From NCBI GenBank assembly GCA_964187785.1, contig OZ076409.1, forward strand, positions 73,596,001 to 73,660,000: a DNA stretch of 64,000 nucleotides, written 5' to 3'. This DNA is from Amphiscolops sp. MND2022 (Eukaryota). The position numbers and the translations under genes are program-made. Shown piece by piece: positions 39,241 through 49,971 of the stretch. Each line of letters opens with the position of its first letter. The stretch's first letter is position 1. The notes under the pieces were generated by a model. The model had not been told where the DNA came from. It was given only the letters and a program-made list of their open reading frames with translations, and searched no databases.

Positions 39241-42200
39241 ATGCCACGAGGCCGAGGAAGAGGTAGAAGCGCTATTGCGAGGAGGAGATGCCCTGTACAC
39301 AGTTACTATCTTGGAAGTGATGGAGTTTGTTCGAGATGTCAAGAGAGTGAGCGAGTTCAACAACAACAACAAGATGATGCCGAACAAGATGTAGCAGCAG
39401 TCAATGTCCCCATTCCCCCATATTCCCCCAACGACGTACAGATGACGGAGACGGAGAGTTGTGCTAAGTGCTGCAGGACTAGCACCGAAAGATACAATCT
39501 AAACTTCCAGACTTTACACAGAGACTCTTTACATAGGACTATGTTTGGTAAACCGGTGGCGGAGATGACCGGCGAAACAATCACAATGTGCCAACTCTGT
39601 ACTGACTACAACAATAACATCAATCGACACAAAGACTGGGCCAATGCATGGCCAAGCGTTATGTATACTTTTTTATTTGACACTCATAGGTTCAACTCTA
39701 ACGCTGAAAAACTGTATAAACTACTACCTAATGAACTTAAAGAGTCCTATAAACAAAACATGAACACTGTTCATCCCTCGTTAGCGACTACTATTACTGA
39801 ATCTGTATTTAGGGATATAACTCACGAAAAGGAAGACTTTTGGACTCTAATTAATACTAAAACTGCTAAAACCTTAGTAAAAGCTCTGACTGTTCATTGC
39901 TTTCCCAACATCAGGTGTCCTGCAGGGTGTTTCGAATTTGTTGAGAAAAGTAGTGATATTTCTTTTGCCCATTTCCTCAACTGGCTCTATCCTTCTTTTA
40001 CAAGTTTTAATGCAAATAGTAGGAAATTTTTGAAGGGAGCGAGAGAAGATTTTTTGAAACCTTTTACTCTTCTGGAAAAGTTCAACGTGTCACCATGTGT
40101 AATTACTAATGAAAAAGGGTTAGGGTTGGTTACTTGCTCAGACCATAAAAACGGTGTTTTGTTAAACTATGTGCATATTCCAACAAATCCAGTTGCGGGA
40201 AACATAAGTCCAAGAAATGTCGACAGGTTAGCGTTGATGGTTTCCAGCGTTAGAACAGTAAGACCATTGAAAATAGGAGTAAAAAGTGCGACTTTCACTA
40301 TGTGTCGAGTTGATAGTGGACGCATCAGTGGCGTTAGCTCGACTGTCCTTCACAAGTTCAGGAACTTTGAACCTCCTTATCCCGACCTTCATCAAGACAT
40401 TGAAAGACTTATGATTAATTGTAGGAGTGATGTTAAGGAAATAATTAGAACATGTTGTCAAAATCAAGAAATCAGTGCACGTTTAGCTGAGGAATTTTTA
40501 TCATTCGAGGCTCCTGTTTCGTTTTCACTTATCGAAGAATTTTGTAAAAACGCTGTAGTCTTCAATATGAGATCTCTAATGGGCATGAAAGACTATGTAG
40601 AAACTTGTCCAGACGACGTAACTCTTCGCGATGATTTCAAGAAACCTCTAGTATATGGTCATAAATTGGACGGCTATGGTTCCGAACCATCAGTGTTCCC
40701 GAAAGGTTTTTCACAAGAAGACAGTTTGTTTGTTTTTTCGCATGCACTTTTAATCACTGATTCATTATGGTCTAAACTATGTCGACTTTGCGATGAAAAT
40801 GTCCACATTTTGGAAATTTGTAAAACTTTGTATCGCCTCAACGTCAGAAAAACTCAGATAAAAAAACACTACACAAATTCATCACTCATAAATGGCATGC
40901 GCAATGCATTCACTGAACTTTTTCCGTCTCAGATGGACCCTTTAGTTTCTCTTTGTGAAACCTTAGAAGGTTGTCAAGTCGTCAATTGTGCTCGAGGGTC
41001 TGTAGATAATGTAACTATCGATTGTGCCAGAAATGACTTACTTTTAGTTGTGGCCACTGAGTCGCAAGGCAGAGACACTCAAATTCCTTTCAATTTAACA
41101 TCGGCAAACGGAAAAGACTTCCAACTGATTTTCTTATCTACTGAAGGTAAAGTAAGTGTGAGACACGGTGATCCTTTTTTTAATTTTTGGACAATCATCA
41201 ATGACGGAAGCAGAGCTGTAAAAGACCCAACCTTAGAATTTCAATATAACAGAACATGGAAATTTTTAATCTACGTTTCGAAATCTGATTTCAACGAGGA
41301 AACTAAACTGCGTTACCTAAAATACATGGGAGGTCAAGGTATTTTTTTCTGTAGTGAACACAACTTGCCACTGTCAACTGATTACTTTAAGTCTAACAGA
41401 AAATGCAGTCTACCTAAAAACAATAGTGAAAATGTAACATGTACAAGAAAATCTGCTTGGCGTTGTCCCGAAAAAGATTGCTTTGCGTCGGTTTGTAAGA
41501 CTCATTTCCGCGAGTATTCTGACGCCGTCGATAAGGTTTTGGTCGACAATACGCCTTCAAATGAGGCCATCCAGGATAGCAGCGACGATGAGCCAACTTT
41601 TGAAGATGAGGAAGCAGAACAGCAGCCTGATGACAACTTGCCAGGACCCAGCTTCGTGCTGGAACAACCCCAAAGAAATGAAACTTCAGAAGCAAACATG
41701 GATGAATTTGACTGCCCTCAGCTGATAGTTGATGCCGGGTTCCAAGAAACGGATGCTTTTGCCACGGACTCTGGCTGTGAGCCCGTGTACTTGTCAAATG
41801 ATTCTAAGTTTGTGCCAATGCATGTACTTCTGAATGGCGAATGCCAACTTTTAAAACGGTTAAGGTATCCAAAACATGTAGGTAAAAAATTTCAGCGATT
41901 TTTCCAAAATTTCATTTCCACTCTGCCGGGTCGATCGATACCACTCCTGCAGCCTGAGGCATGCTTATTTCCTAGCATTTTCTTTAAACAATTAGAGGAT
42001 TGTTCTTTCCCTGGTGCTCTGCCTTTTTTTCTCTATGACGACAGAAATGCCAATTCTAAATTTGATTTCGATGGTCTGCACGAGCACATGCGTCTAAGAC
42101 TAAAAGATAGCACCTTATTAACATCATCAAATTTGAGCTACATCATGTATGCATTCGACAGTGTTTTAAATTTATCGCTAACAAAATGTCATACCAACCA

Positions 42201-45200
42201 GTTCTTTAAACGTGGATTGCAAACAATTACAATAGGTAAGTATAAACCTCAGCAACTAACATCAACTGAGTCTGTACTTAAAATGGATAGCGTCGACAGC
42301 GACGTTCATGTAAATCGCCTAGGAACTGCTTGTGCGTCTGAAACACCAGACCTTTTTGTAACATTCACTTGCAACCAAAAAGAACATCCAGGGGTTGCTG
42401 AAGTAGTTAACGCTATCTACGAACTGTACGGCAGCGCGACCACCGAAGAACTAAAAGAAGTGCTCCAGGCTTACATGGTCATCATTGTAAGATGCTGGAC
42501 TAGGACTATTGAACTTTTAATAGATTACTTGAGGTTTTCAGACGAACAAATTTTGGGTGAAATTATCAAAGTTTGGGGTAGGGCAGAATTTCAAAGTGCA
42601 GCAGCCAACCTACAACACTATCACATTCTTTTTTGGTTAAAAAATTCGACACAGGACATCATCGAGAAAATTCAATGTGCACACAAACACGTCCTCCATG
42701 AGTTTAAAAAGTTGTTTCAAATGAATTTCGGAACTGTTGATAGTGAGGAGCATGCAGGTAAGTTATTTGACGATTGTATCCGCGTTCAAAGTCATGATTG
42801 TGAGAAAGGGCACTGTCTTAAAAAAGTAAGGTTGAACGGCGAGCGAAAGTGTCGTTTCCCGCCCTATCCTCAAAGTAACGTTCCCTGGTACAAAAAATTC
42901 CACCAGCCACATTCGGAAGAAGCCCTAGTAGCATTACAGGAAATTGATTTGGCTGAACCGAGGCCTGGTTTTGATAATTCTTTGCAGGTTACAACAACTC
43001 TTATGGCAGGTAAGTACATGTATGCGGCCACCAGAGGAGAGCACATGTCACCGCTGAATGTTGCCCTCTGGAGTATTTGTAAATCCAGTTTGAACGTTTT
43101 GAAGGTTTGCAAGTCGGTTGCATCCAGGTACTTGACATCGTACGCTGCTGGAAAAGAAGAGCATGCTGATGTGGCCATCAATCCAGAAAACTCTCACAAT
43201 GTATTAAATGTTCAGGTTCAGAAAATTGAAAACAAAAAGTTAGGAGGTGTTAGAAAGATCCTTGCTCGAGAGGCTAAGCAGGATAAAACGCAAGGTATCA
43301 TTGATTCTACCACCATTGCAAGTACAGAATGTGTGTCATGGATGTTACAATTACCAACTGTAATAACAACCATGGACTTTGTTTCAGTCCCCACCGTAGC
43401 TTTAGAAAATCGGGGAGGTGTAATTTTAAAAAGGAAAAATAATACTTGTTCAAGATCAAATATACCAGGTGTGGCCAACGAAGGCCCATGTGAGATCAGG
43501 GAACATCATTTGAGGTTACCACGTCATCGACTTTTTACTAGGAGCCAGAAAATAGTTCTAGAAAGTGTGAACAAAACGCCATTTAGTACTGATAAAGTAA
43601 CTGTTTTTTCTCTACGTCCTCCTGAATTGCTTTTTGTAAACAAACTAAGACCCTACTTCAGGTGGTTTAAACGCGAAAAATTGTCCGGTAAAAGGGAGAC
43701 TGCCAGTGTACGATTTTTGAAAAACGACGTTAGGGAATCAACTTGGGTAGATGGCGAAAATTATGCCATTCGTTTAAGACCTTCTGCAGTTTCCGAATTT
43801 TCAGCTTTCGTCCAGGAATCTTTAGCGGCAAATCCAACCGATAGTAGACTGCTCGATGCCTTCGTTATAATTTCGGAAGTTTTGACTATTTCCTCACATC
43901 CAGGACGGTCGCTTTTTGTATCCAGTGACCCAAATTTGTCAAATACACCAGCAGAGGTGGTTTTTTCAAAAGTGTATCCCCGCAATCCTGCAAACTTTTT
44001 AATTCATTTTTTACTATCTAATGCTGCTTTCGAAACTGAATTTGAACTTTTTGATGTGCCAACTTTGAAGGATGCATACGTGAAGGGCAGGGTTGTACCA
44101 GACAAACAAGTATACGATGAAAATGATGTCAATGAACTTTTGAAAAAATATGTACTTGAGCAATTGCGATACCTACCAGGTGGTACGCGTTCTTTTGATA
44201 ACAATCTACTTGCGGCAAAGTCAGCATTCAAGGGAATGTTAATAGATAATGACATTTATAATGAAGGGCTGCCCATTACAAAGATGGATACCTTGACTGA
44301 AGCATTGGAAGATAAGGCTAAAAAGATGCTTCGGCAGTCCCAGTTAAACATCATAAAATCTTTAACTCAGAAAAATTTGCCCAATTTTCCTAATTCTAGC
44401 GTTTTTGAAAATGTGTCCAAGGAAACACCATCTGACTGGTCTGGTGAACTTGTTCCAAACAATTTTCAGACTGAAGAGTCTCGTGAAGAACAGACCATAA
44501 TTTTAGAACAACTGAAAGAACTAATTTGTGAAAATCTGTTTTCTGACCATAAATTTAGGAAACACCAGTTGATTTTGGGTCCACCAGGTACAGGTAAGAC
44601 GTATGTGTTGACGATGGCTTTGGGTTATGCGCTCACGAAAGGGTTGTTTTGTCTTGTAACTAGTTTAGCATCCCGAAGATCGATGCACTTTGGCGGTGAG
44701 CACATTCACAAATTGTTTTGCTTGCCTCCTTCTTCTTGTGGATCACCGATCAAAATGGCCGAGCAAGCTCTCGTGAAACTGGACCACCGGAATGACAAGA
44801 AGATGCTGTTAATGGCCCTGGAAGTACTGTTCGTGGAAGAAGTGAGCCTAATCAGTGCTGAACAGTGGTCTGCCATGGACCTCACCCTTCAAGAGTTGAA
44901 GCAGTCAACCTTGCCTTTCGGTGGGGTTTTAGTGATCGCGAGTGGTGATCAGATGCAACTGCCATCAATTGAAGGGAACGACATCTTCCTCAGTCCTGTT
45001 CTACTGACAAACTTCGCAATGTTCTTTTTGTCGCACTTTGTTCGAATGACAGATGCAGACGGTCAAACTGTACTTCGACACATGTGGAAACGTCCCATAA
45101 ATGCCCCTGCTGTCGCTGAAATACTCGCGATTCTGGACACTAAGTGCACATTCAAGGACAGCTGGGATGACTTGGACGACCCTTGTGTAATGCGTGTTTT

Positions 45201-46359
45201 TGGCAAGCGGAAAGCTGAACAGAGAGAATTCGATAGCCACATTCAGCGAGTACGCGCGTCGGGATCGTCCTACCGCATTTTCGAAGCCAAGGATGAGATC
45301 TGTCTTTCGAAGAGCTCAGTTTGGAATGAGACTGACTCTCGGCAAGTAAGTAACCATCTGAGCGACAAGGTAAACGAGCCCAAACAGTTAATTGTTTACT
45401 CAAAGGCTTTGGTAAGGGTCACAGTGAATCTGGAAGCTGAGCAATTGTCTCAAGGTCAGGTTGGTGTAGTTCACGAGGTTCCCACTGGTGACTCGGTCAC
45501 AATCTACGTCCCAGATAGCAGTGGTGGGGAAGTTGATATCACTCCTGGGATGTTGGAACGCGAGGAGTACCTGACTTGGCGGACTGTGACTCTCTCAAAG
45601 CACACCGGCTTCGTTCAGCCTTTCAAGAAGAACTCAGTGCGAAGGGTTCAGTTACCGCTCATGAACTTTGTTGCCATGACAACGCACAAACTCATGGGTG
45701 ACACATTTGAAAAGTTGGCGACGTCCATTTCCGCAACCGACAGTAGCTACGCTTTGTGGATGACGTCGCAAGTTTTTGTAATTGTCAGTCGTGTCAAACA
45801 ATTAAAAAACCTTACTTTTGTTGGTAACAAAAATGCTACTTTAAGTGCCATCGAATCTATTTTTGAAAAGAGAGACTTGAGAGAGGAACGTCTCTTCAAT
45901 TTGCTAGACAAAATAAAAAACAACTCGAGGTGCAATTCCAATGTTCAGCCAATCAACATTTCGAAGTTATCTTACGTACCTTTTAACAAAAACATCCCAA
46001 GCACTCCGAATGGCTTCGTATATCTTTTGATTAGTCTGAACCCGACTTCGCCCGAAACTTTTTACGTAGGAGAAACTGAGCGCGCGCTGTTAACACGGTT
46101 GTCGGAACACAACTGCGGCAACGGTTCAGATTTCACGAGAATCCCCCACCGTTTGCCCTGGGCAGTCGCTGCTTTTGTTTGCAATTTTTCATCACGTTTT
46201 TCACGCAAAGACTTCGAAAAAGAAATACATCGAGAAATGTGTGTTCGTCATAACAATTTGAAAAATTTAAAAGACATGCTATCTCTTTTCCAGGAAAAAG
46301 TTAACGAAAAAAACTGTAATCTTCATTTTTGTGTTTGCGGTGAAATGCAGTCGACATAA
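39241..46359 (+). CDS. Helitron-type RepHel transposase (HUH/Y2 Rep + Pif1-family SF1B helicase) with N-terminal Cys/His clusters and C-terminal GIY-YIG endonuclease
   Basis: 2372-aa uninterrupted ORF. Rep motif 1 PDLFVTFTCN (~42346), motif 2 GRAEFQSAAANLQHYHILFW (HYH 42616-42624), QSHDC..HC..KCRFP, motif 3 YLTSY (43129/43141). Helicase: GPPGTGKT (44578-44601), VEEVSLIS, PFGGVLVIASGDQMQLPSI, QLPLMNFVAMTTHKLMGDT, QVFVIVSRVK. GIY-YIG: GFVYLL..FYVGET.R.L..RL.EH..G.GS.FT (from ~46012), with a candidate catalytic Glu in KDFEKEI. Confidence 0.92.
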   Translation: MPRGRGRGRSAIARRRCPVHSYYLGSDGVCSRCQESERVQQQQQDDAEQDVAAVNVPIPPYSPNDVQMTETESCAKCCRTSTERYNLNFQTLHRDSLHRTMFGKPVAEMTGETITMCQLCTDYNNNINRHKDWANAWPSVMYTFLFDTHRFNSNAEKLYKLLPNELKESYKQNMNTVHPSLATTITESVFRDITHEKEDFWTLINTKTAKTLVKALTVHCFPNIRCPAGCFEFVEKSSDISFAHFLNWLYPSFTSFNANSRKFLKGAREDFLKPFTLLEKFNVSPCVITNEKGLGLVTCSDHKNGVLLNYVHIPTNPVAGNISPRNVDRLALMVSSVRTVRPLKIGVKSATFTMCRVDSGRISGVSSTVLHKFRNFEPPYPDLHQDIERLMINCRSDVKEIIRTCCQNQEISARLAEEFLSFEAPVSFSLIEEFCKNAVVFNMRSLMGMKDYVETCPDDVTLRDDFKKPLVYGHKLDGYGSEPSVFPKGFSQEDSLFVFSHALLITDSLWSKLCRLCDENVHILEICKTLYRLNVRKTQIKKHYTNSSLINGMRNAFTELFPSQMDPLVSLCETLEGCQVVNCARGSVDNVTIDCARNDLLLVVATESQGRDTQIPFNLTSANGKDFQLIFLSTEGKVSVRHGDPFFNFWTIINDGSRAVKDPTLEFQYNRTWKFLIYVSKSDFNEETKLRYLKYMGGQGIFFCSEHNLPLSTDYFKSNRKCSLPKNNSENVTCTRKSAWRCPEKDCFASVCKTHFREYSDAVDKVLVDNTPSNEAIQDSSDDEPTFEDEEAEQQPDDNLPGPSFVLEQPQRNETSEANMDEFDCPQLIVDAGFQETDAFATDSGCEPVYLSNDSKFVPMHVLLNGECQLLKRLRYPKHVGKKFQRFFQNFISTLPGRSIPLLQPEACLFPSIFFKQLEDCSFPGALPFFLYDDRNANSKFDFDGLHEHMRLRLKDSTLLTSSNLSYIMYAFDSVLNLSLTKCHTNQFFKRGLQTITIGKYKPQQLTSTESVLKMDSVDSDVHVNRLGTACASETPDLFVTFTCNQKEHPGVAEVVNAIYELYGSATTEELKEVLQAYMVIIVRCWTRTIELLIDYLRFSDEQILGEIIKVWGRAEFQSAAANLQHYHILFWLKNSTQDIIEKIQCAHKHVLHEFKKLFQMNFGTVDSEEHAGKLFDDCIRVQSHDCEKGHCLKKVRLNGERKCRFPPYPQSNVPWYKKFHQPHSEEALVALQEIDLAEPRPGFDNSLQVTTTLMAGKYMYAATRGEHMSPLNVALWSICKSSLNVLKVCKSVASRYLTSYAAGKEEHADVAINPENSHNVLNVQVQKIENKKLGGVRKILAREAKQDKTQGIIDSTTIASTECVSWMLQLPTVITTMDFVSVPTVALENRGGVILKRKNNTCSRSNIPGVANEGPCEIREHHLRLPRHRLFTRSQKIVLESVNKTPFSTDKVTVFSLRPPELLFVNKLRPYFRWFKREKLSGKRETASVRFLKNDVRESTWVDGENYAIRLRPSAVSEFSAFVQESLAANPTDSRLLDAFVIISEVLTISSHPGRSLFVSSDPNLSNTPAEVVFSKVYPRNPANFLIHFLLSNAAFETEFELFDVPTLKDAYVKGRVVPDKQVYDENDVNELLKKYVLEQLRYLPGGTRSFDNNLLAAKSAFKGMLIDNDIYNEGLPITKMDTLTEALEDKAKKMLRQSQLNIIKSLTQKNLPNFPNSSVFENVSKETPSDWSGELVPNNFQTEESREEQTIILEQLKELICENLFSDHKFRKHQLILGPPGTGKTYVLTMALGYALTKGLFCLVTSLASRRSMHFGGEHIHKLFCLPPSSCGSPIKMAEQALVKLDHRNDKKMLLMALEVLFVEEVSLISAEQWSAMDLTLQELKQSTLPFGGVLVIASGDQMQLPSIEGNDIFLSPVLLTNFAMFFLSHFVRMTDADGQTVLRHMWKRPINAPAVAEILAILDTKCTFKDSWDDLDDPCVMRVFGKRKAEQREFDSHIQRVRASGSSYRIFEAKDEICLSKSSVWNETDSRQVSNHLSDKVNEPKQLIVYSKALVRVTVNLEAEQLSQGQVGVVHEVPTGDSVTIYVPDSSGGEVDITPGMLEREEYLTWRTVTLSKHTGFVQPFKKNSVRRVQLPLMNFVAMTTHKLMGDTFEKLATSISATDSSYALWMTSQVFVIVSRVKQLKNLTFVGNKNATLSAIESIFEKRDLREERLFNLLDKIKNNSRCNSNVQPINISKLSYVPFNKNIPSTPNGFVYLLISLNPTSPETFYVGETERALLTRLSEHNCGNGSDFTRIPHRLPWAVAAFVCNFSSRFSRKDFEKEIHREMCVRHNNLKNLKDMLSLFQEKVNEKNCNLHFCVCGEMQST

Positions 46360-47178
46360 AAATATAACATTTAAAACGCTTTGTTTTTGGCACGAGTTTT
46401 CTTAAATGTGTTTGTTGGAATCGACGATGAGCGTGGTTCCAGGTAGGTTTAAATTAGGTTGGTTTGCTGGAATCGACGATGAGCGTGGTTCCGGAAATGA
46501 TCAATCAGAATAAAAAAATTTCATTGAGGTTTTGAAACATCATGTAACTTCGAGGTATGTTGCCCTTTTGAGCCATCTGCCTCTTAAAACTAGAACTTGA
46601 AGTAACCTTCATTCTATTTTTCAAGTGTATCCTTGTGTGTTGCCCTTTTGAGCCATCCGCAATGATACACTTCTTTTTTTGAAAATGGAGGTTAACCTGG
46701 TAAAAATGACAGCGATCCAGTTGAAGAAGAAGACGATGAAGAACGATGTCGCGGACAGCAGACGATGGTGCAGCTGAAGCAGAGCAGATGATGACGATCT
46801 AGAAGCAAGACCCCAGTGTAAAAGCTTGTGTAGCCCTTTTGAGCCTTCCAAGCTTATACACTAAATATAAAAATGAAAGTCTTAACAAATATAACCAGTG
46901 TGGCAGCACGTGTAGCCTTTCTGAGCCTTCCGTGCTGAGACACTCTCCTTAATAAAAATAGGTCGAGAAATTCTAAAATCGGAATTATTAGACCAAAACA
47001 TGACTTCCCTAAAACTGACTTTTTTCTACTTCGGACTTTTTGACTAAAAGACTCCAAGACTGAGACTTAATTGACTTTTTTCTAAAACCTAACCGTCCTT
47101 TTTCCTTACGTAGTGAGAATGAGTGGAGTTGAGCATTGAGACGTTTTTGGATACATTCAAACTAGTGTTTATACCAGA

Positions 47179-48060
47179 GCGTCCAGATGAAGAAGAAAGA
47201 AGATTCGGAAGATGAGAATAAATAATATGTATAATAGTAATATTTATAGTAGTTGCGTCCAGATGAAGAAGAAAGAAGATTCGGAAGATGAGAATAATTA
47301 ATATGTATAATAGTAATATTTATAGTAGTTGCGTCCAGATGAAGAAGAAAGAAGATTCGGAAGATGAGAGTAATTGATATTTATAATAGTAATATTTATA
47401 GTAGGTGCGTCCAGATGAAGAAGAAAGAAGATTCGGAAGTAGAGAATAAATAATATTTATGATAGTAATATTTATAGTAGGTGCGTCCAGATGAAGAAGA
47501 AAGAAGATTCGGAAGTAGAGAATAAATAATATTTATAATAGTAATATTCATAGTAGGTGCGTCCAGATGAAGAAGAAAGAAGATTCGGAAGTAGAGAATA
47601 AATAATATTTATAATAGTAATATTTATAGTAGGGGCGTCCAGATGAAGAAGAAAGAAGATTCGGAAGTAGAGAATAAATAATATTTATAATAGTAATATT
47701 TATAGTAGCTGCGTCCAGATGAAGAAGAAAGAAGATTCGGAAGATGAGAGTAATTGATATTTATAATAGTAATATTTATAGTAGGTATGTCCAGATGAAG
47801 AAGAAAGAAGATTCGGAAGTAGAGAATAAATAATATGTATAATAGTAATATTTATAGTCGCTGCGTCCAGATGAAGAAGAAAGAAGATTCGGAAGATGAG
47901 AATATATAATATGTAATGTAGTAATATTTATAATAGAGCCTCCAGAAGAAGAAAGAAGAAAAGAAGATTCAGAAGATGAGAATATTTAATATCTATTGTA
48001 GTAGTATTTATAATAGAGCGTCCAGAAGAAGAAAGAAGAAAAGAAGAAGACGGTCCAGAA
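47179..48060. repeat. 76-bp minisatellite, 10 copies plus 2 degenerate copies, inside the autonomous element
   Basis: GCGTCCAGATGAAGAAGAAAGAAGATTCGGAAG...TAATATTTATAGTAG recurs at 47179, 47255, 47331, 47407 ... 47863, then degenerates at ~47939 and ~48018. Confidence 0.95.
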
Positions 48061-48242
48061 CACGAAAGGAATATTTGGGAAAAGATTTTAATAACTATGA
48101 CTTGTTTTTGTACTTCACTTTTTTGAAAGGCTGTAGGTTCAGAATAGGCTGTAGTGATTAGGTTGTATAAATTTCACTGTTGGGCATGACCGCTGCAAAT
48201 CACTGGGAGCCTTAACCGATAGTACTCGTTTTGTAGATCAAA

Positions 48243-48890
48243 ATGAACACTACAAGTCTCGTGATAGTTGGTGCCAGTAATCTTGTCTACAACAAAAAGC
48301 CTCTCGTTGCCTGCAATTGTGAAACATTCGAATGCCACAGAAAAGATGAACATCTAACAAACATACCCCCAGATGCAAACTTCACGATAATTGCTCGTCC
48401 AGGAGCTAAATTTGGTCACAAAAATCAAGATAAGTGCGCCGAAAATTTATTCAAAAAAGCTCTTGCTTTGAGTCCAAGAACAATAGTTTTCTATATGGAC
48501 ATTTTGATGAACAGTGTCACAAGTCCCCCTTGGCAACCTAATTCGCCTGTGTTAACACCTGAAAAAGTTCTCAGAAAGTTGTTCACGTTAGAAAGAAAAG
48601 CCAACGCTAAAGATTGCAATTTTGTTTTAGTTTTGTGCCGGCGCAAAAGATCCGACAGACAGAAACTACCACCGTCTACTTCCCGGCATCCTGGCGAGCA
48701 ACCGAGAGAAATTTACGATATTGATAACGAAATGAATAGTCTTTTGAAGCAAAATTTTTTCAATTATGTCGATCTCAAACTGTCTAATGCATCATTCAAG
48801 GTTAACGATGAGGCGCACCAGACTCAAGTTTCAAAAAATTTGTCCCTTGGGCGAATCATTCGCTACTTCACACGAACAAATGATGATTGA
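48243..48890 (+). CDS. SGNH/GDSL-hydrolase-fold protein (transposon-associated esterase-like)
   Basis: 215 aa. Block I-like VIVGASN (cf. GDS), block II-like ARPGAK, block III-like ILMNS, block V DEAH (DxxH) near the C-terminus. ATG lies in AAAATG just after a TTTTGTAG acceptor-like site. Confidence 0.65.
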   Translation: MNTTSLVIVGASNLVYNKKPLVACNCETFECHRKDEHLTNIPPDANFTIIARPGAKFGHKNQDKCAENLFKKALALSPRTIVFYMDILMNSVTSPPWQPNSPVLTPEKVLRKLFTLERKANAKDCNFVLVLCRRKRSDRQKLPPSTSRHPGEQPREIYDIDNEMNSLLKQNFFNYVDLKLSNASFKVNDEAHQTQVSKNLSLGRIIRYFTRTNDD

Positions 48891-49109
48891 TATTTTCTGC
48901 TTTGTCAGTTTAAGCGCTTTAGCGTCTTAAACTGACCCTTTTTCCTCTCTCTTTTCTTCTTTTCCGCCTTTTTCTTTTTAATAGGGTTCTGGCGACGTGG
49001 AAGAGAAGGAGAGGAAACCTGGCCTGCTTGCAGGATTGCCAGCTGTCTTCGCGGAAATTGTTGTGCCTGTCTACGTCCTTGCCGCAACTTGGACCCGAAG
49101 CAGCTGTCT

Positions 49110-49400
49110 CACAAATCAAAAACAAAGAAATTCCAAAAAAATCAAAACTTCAAAAAACCCAAAAAAAAAAACAAAAAAACCAATAAAACCAAAAAAACTA
49201 AAACAAAAATTTAACCAAAACCCCAAAAAAAACAAAAACTCAAATTCAGAAAAAAGCACAAACAAACGAAAAACCAGAAAACTTTAAGACAAAACTCGAA
49301 AACATATCTTACCAAAAGTGAAATCTCAAAAATCCTAAAACCTTGAAAAGTAGAGCAAAACTTTCCAAAAAATCCTTACAACTTAAAAACTATAAAACTT
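49110..49400. repeat. A-rich low-complexity tract
   Basis: Runs of A punctuated by C between the SGNH ORF and the third ORF. Confidence 0.8.
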
Positions 49401-49971
49401 TCCTGTTTTCCAACTTTTTTATTTTGCACTCTGTCTAAAGAGATTAATAACACTTTTAGTCTTTATGTAACGATTCCAATTTTGTTTGTGAAGTAAATAC
49501 TGTCAATTAAAATTTTTTCGTTAAAAAGTCTTTTGACATTAAAAAAAACTATTTTCGAGTATTTTTTCCTTGGAATCCTACTTTCTAAAATTCACATCTT
49601 TGCTTAAGCTTCTTCATACCCTGCATTTCATTTACTGTTTGAGGATTCCAATATGAATTTTTTTTGCCCATTCCGAACTCAGCAGATACATGTCTTAATT
49701 TTCATTGAAGTTTGCATTTGTTCAATGCCTTTTGTTTTTTGAGCACCTTCAAAACTCTCAAATACATGCGAAAAAACGTTTTTAGTAGAGAAAAAATTGA
49801 AAAAAATCCTAACGAGATGTCCTGTGGAGAAGATTCCAGCACTGTTTGTGTATCAACAGTTCGGTAATGGGTCTACAATGAAATTTAGGTTAACCTCCAT
49901 TCTGTATTCGTATGGTCTTTTATTCTTGGAATGTGAAAACTAAAATTTTTGGTTGCTTTTCCAGATTCAAA

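Noticed and set aside
42574..42586. GGGGTAGGGC inside RepHel resembling the 5' hairpin loop
   Set aside because: It encodes W-G-R-A of Rep motif 2. It has no complementary arms and no upstream CTAG|GTG.
39357..45941. Antisense and alternate-frame ORFs within RepHel and ORF3
   Set aside because: They are short shadows of the long coding frames and have no motifs.
48997..49287. Lys-rich 96-aa ORF, and the 47976-48161 Arg/Lys-rich ORF
   Set aside because: They are translations of the A-rich tract and of the minisatellite edge.
46685..49900. 14-bp inverted repeat ATGGAGGTTAACCT / AGGTTAACCTCCAT as TIRs of a nested element
   Set aside because: Ten of the 14 bp are a self-palindrome, and no TSD or transposase is evident.
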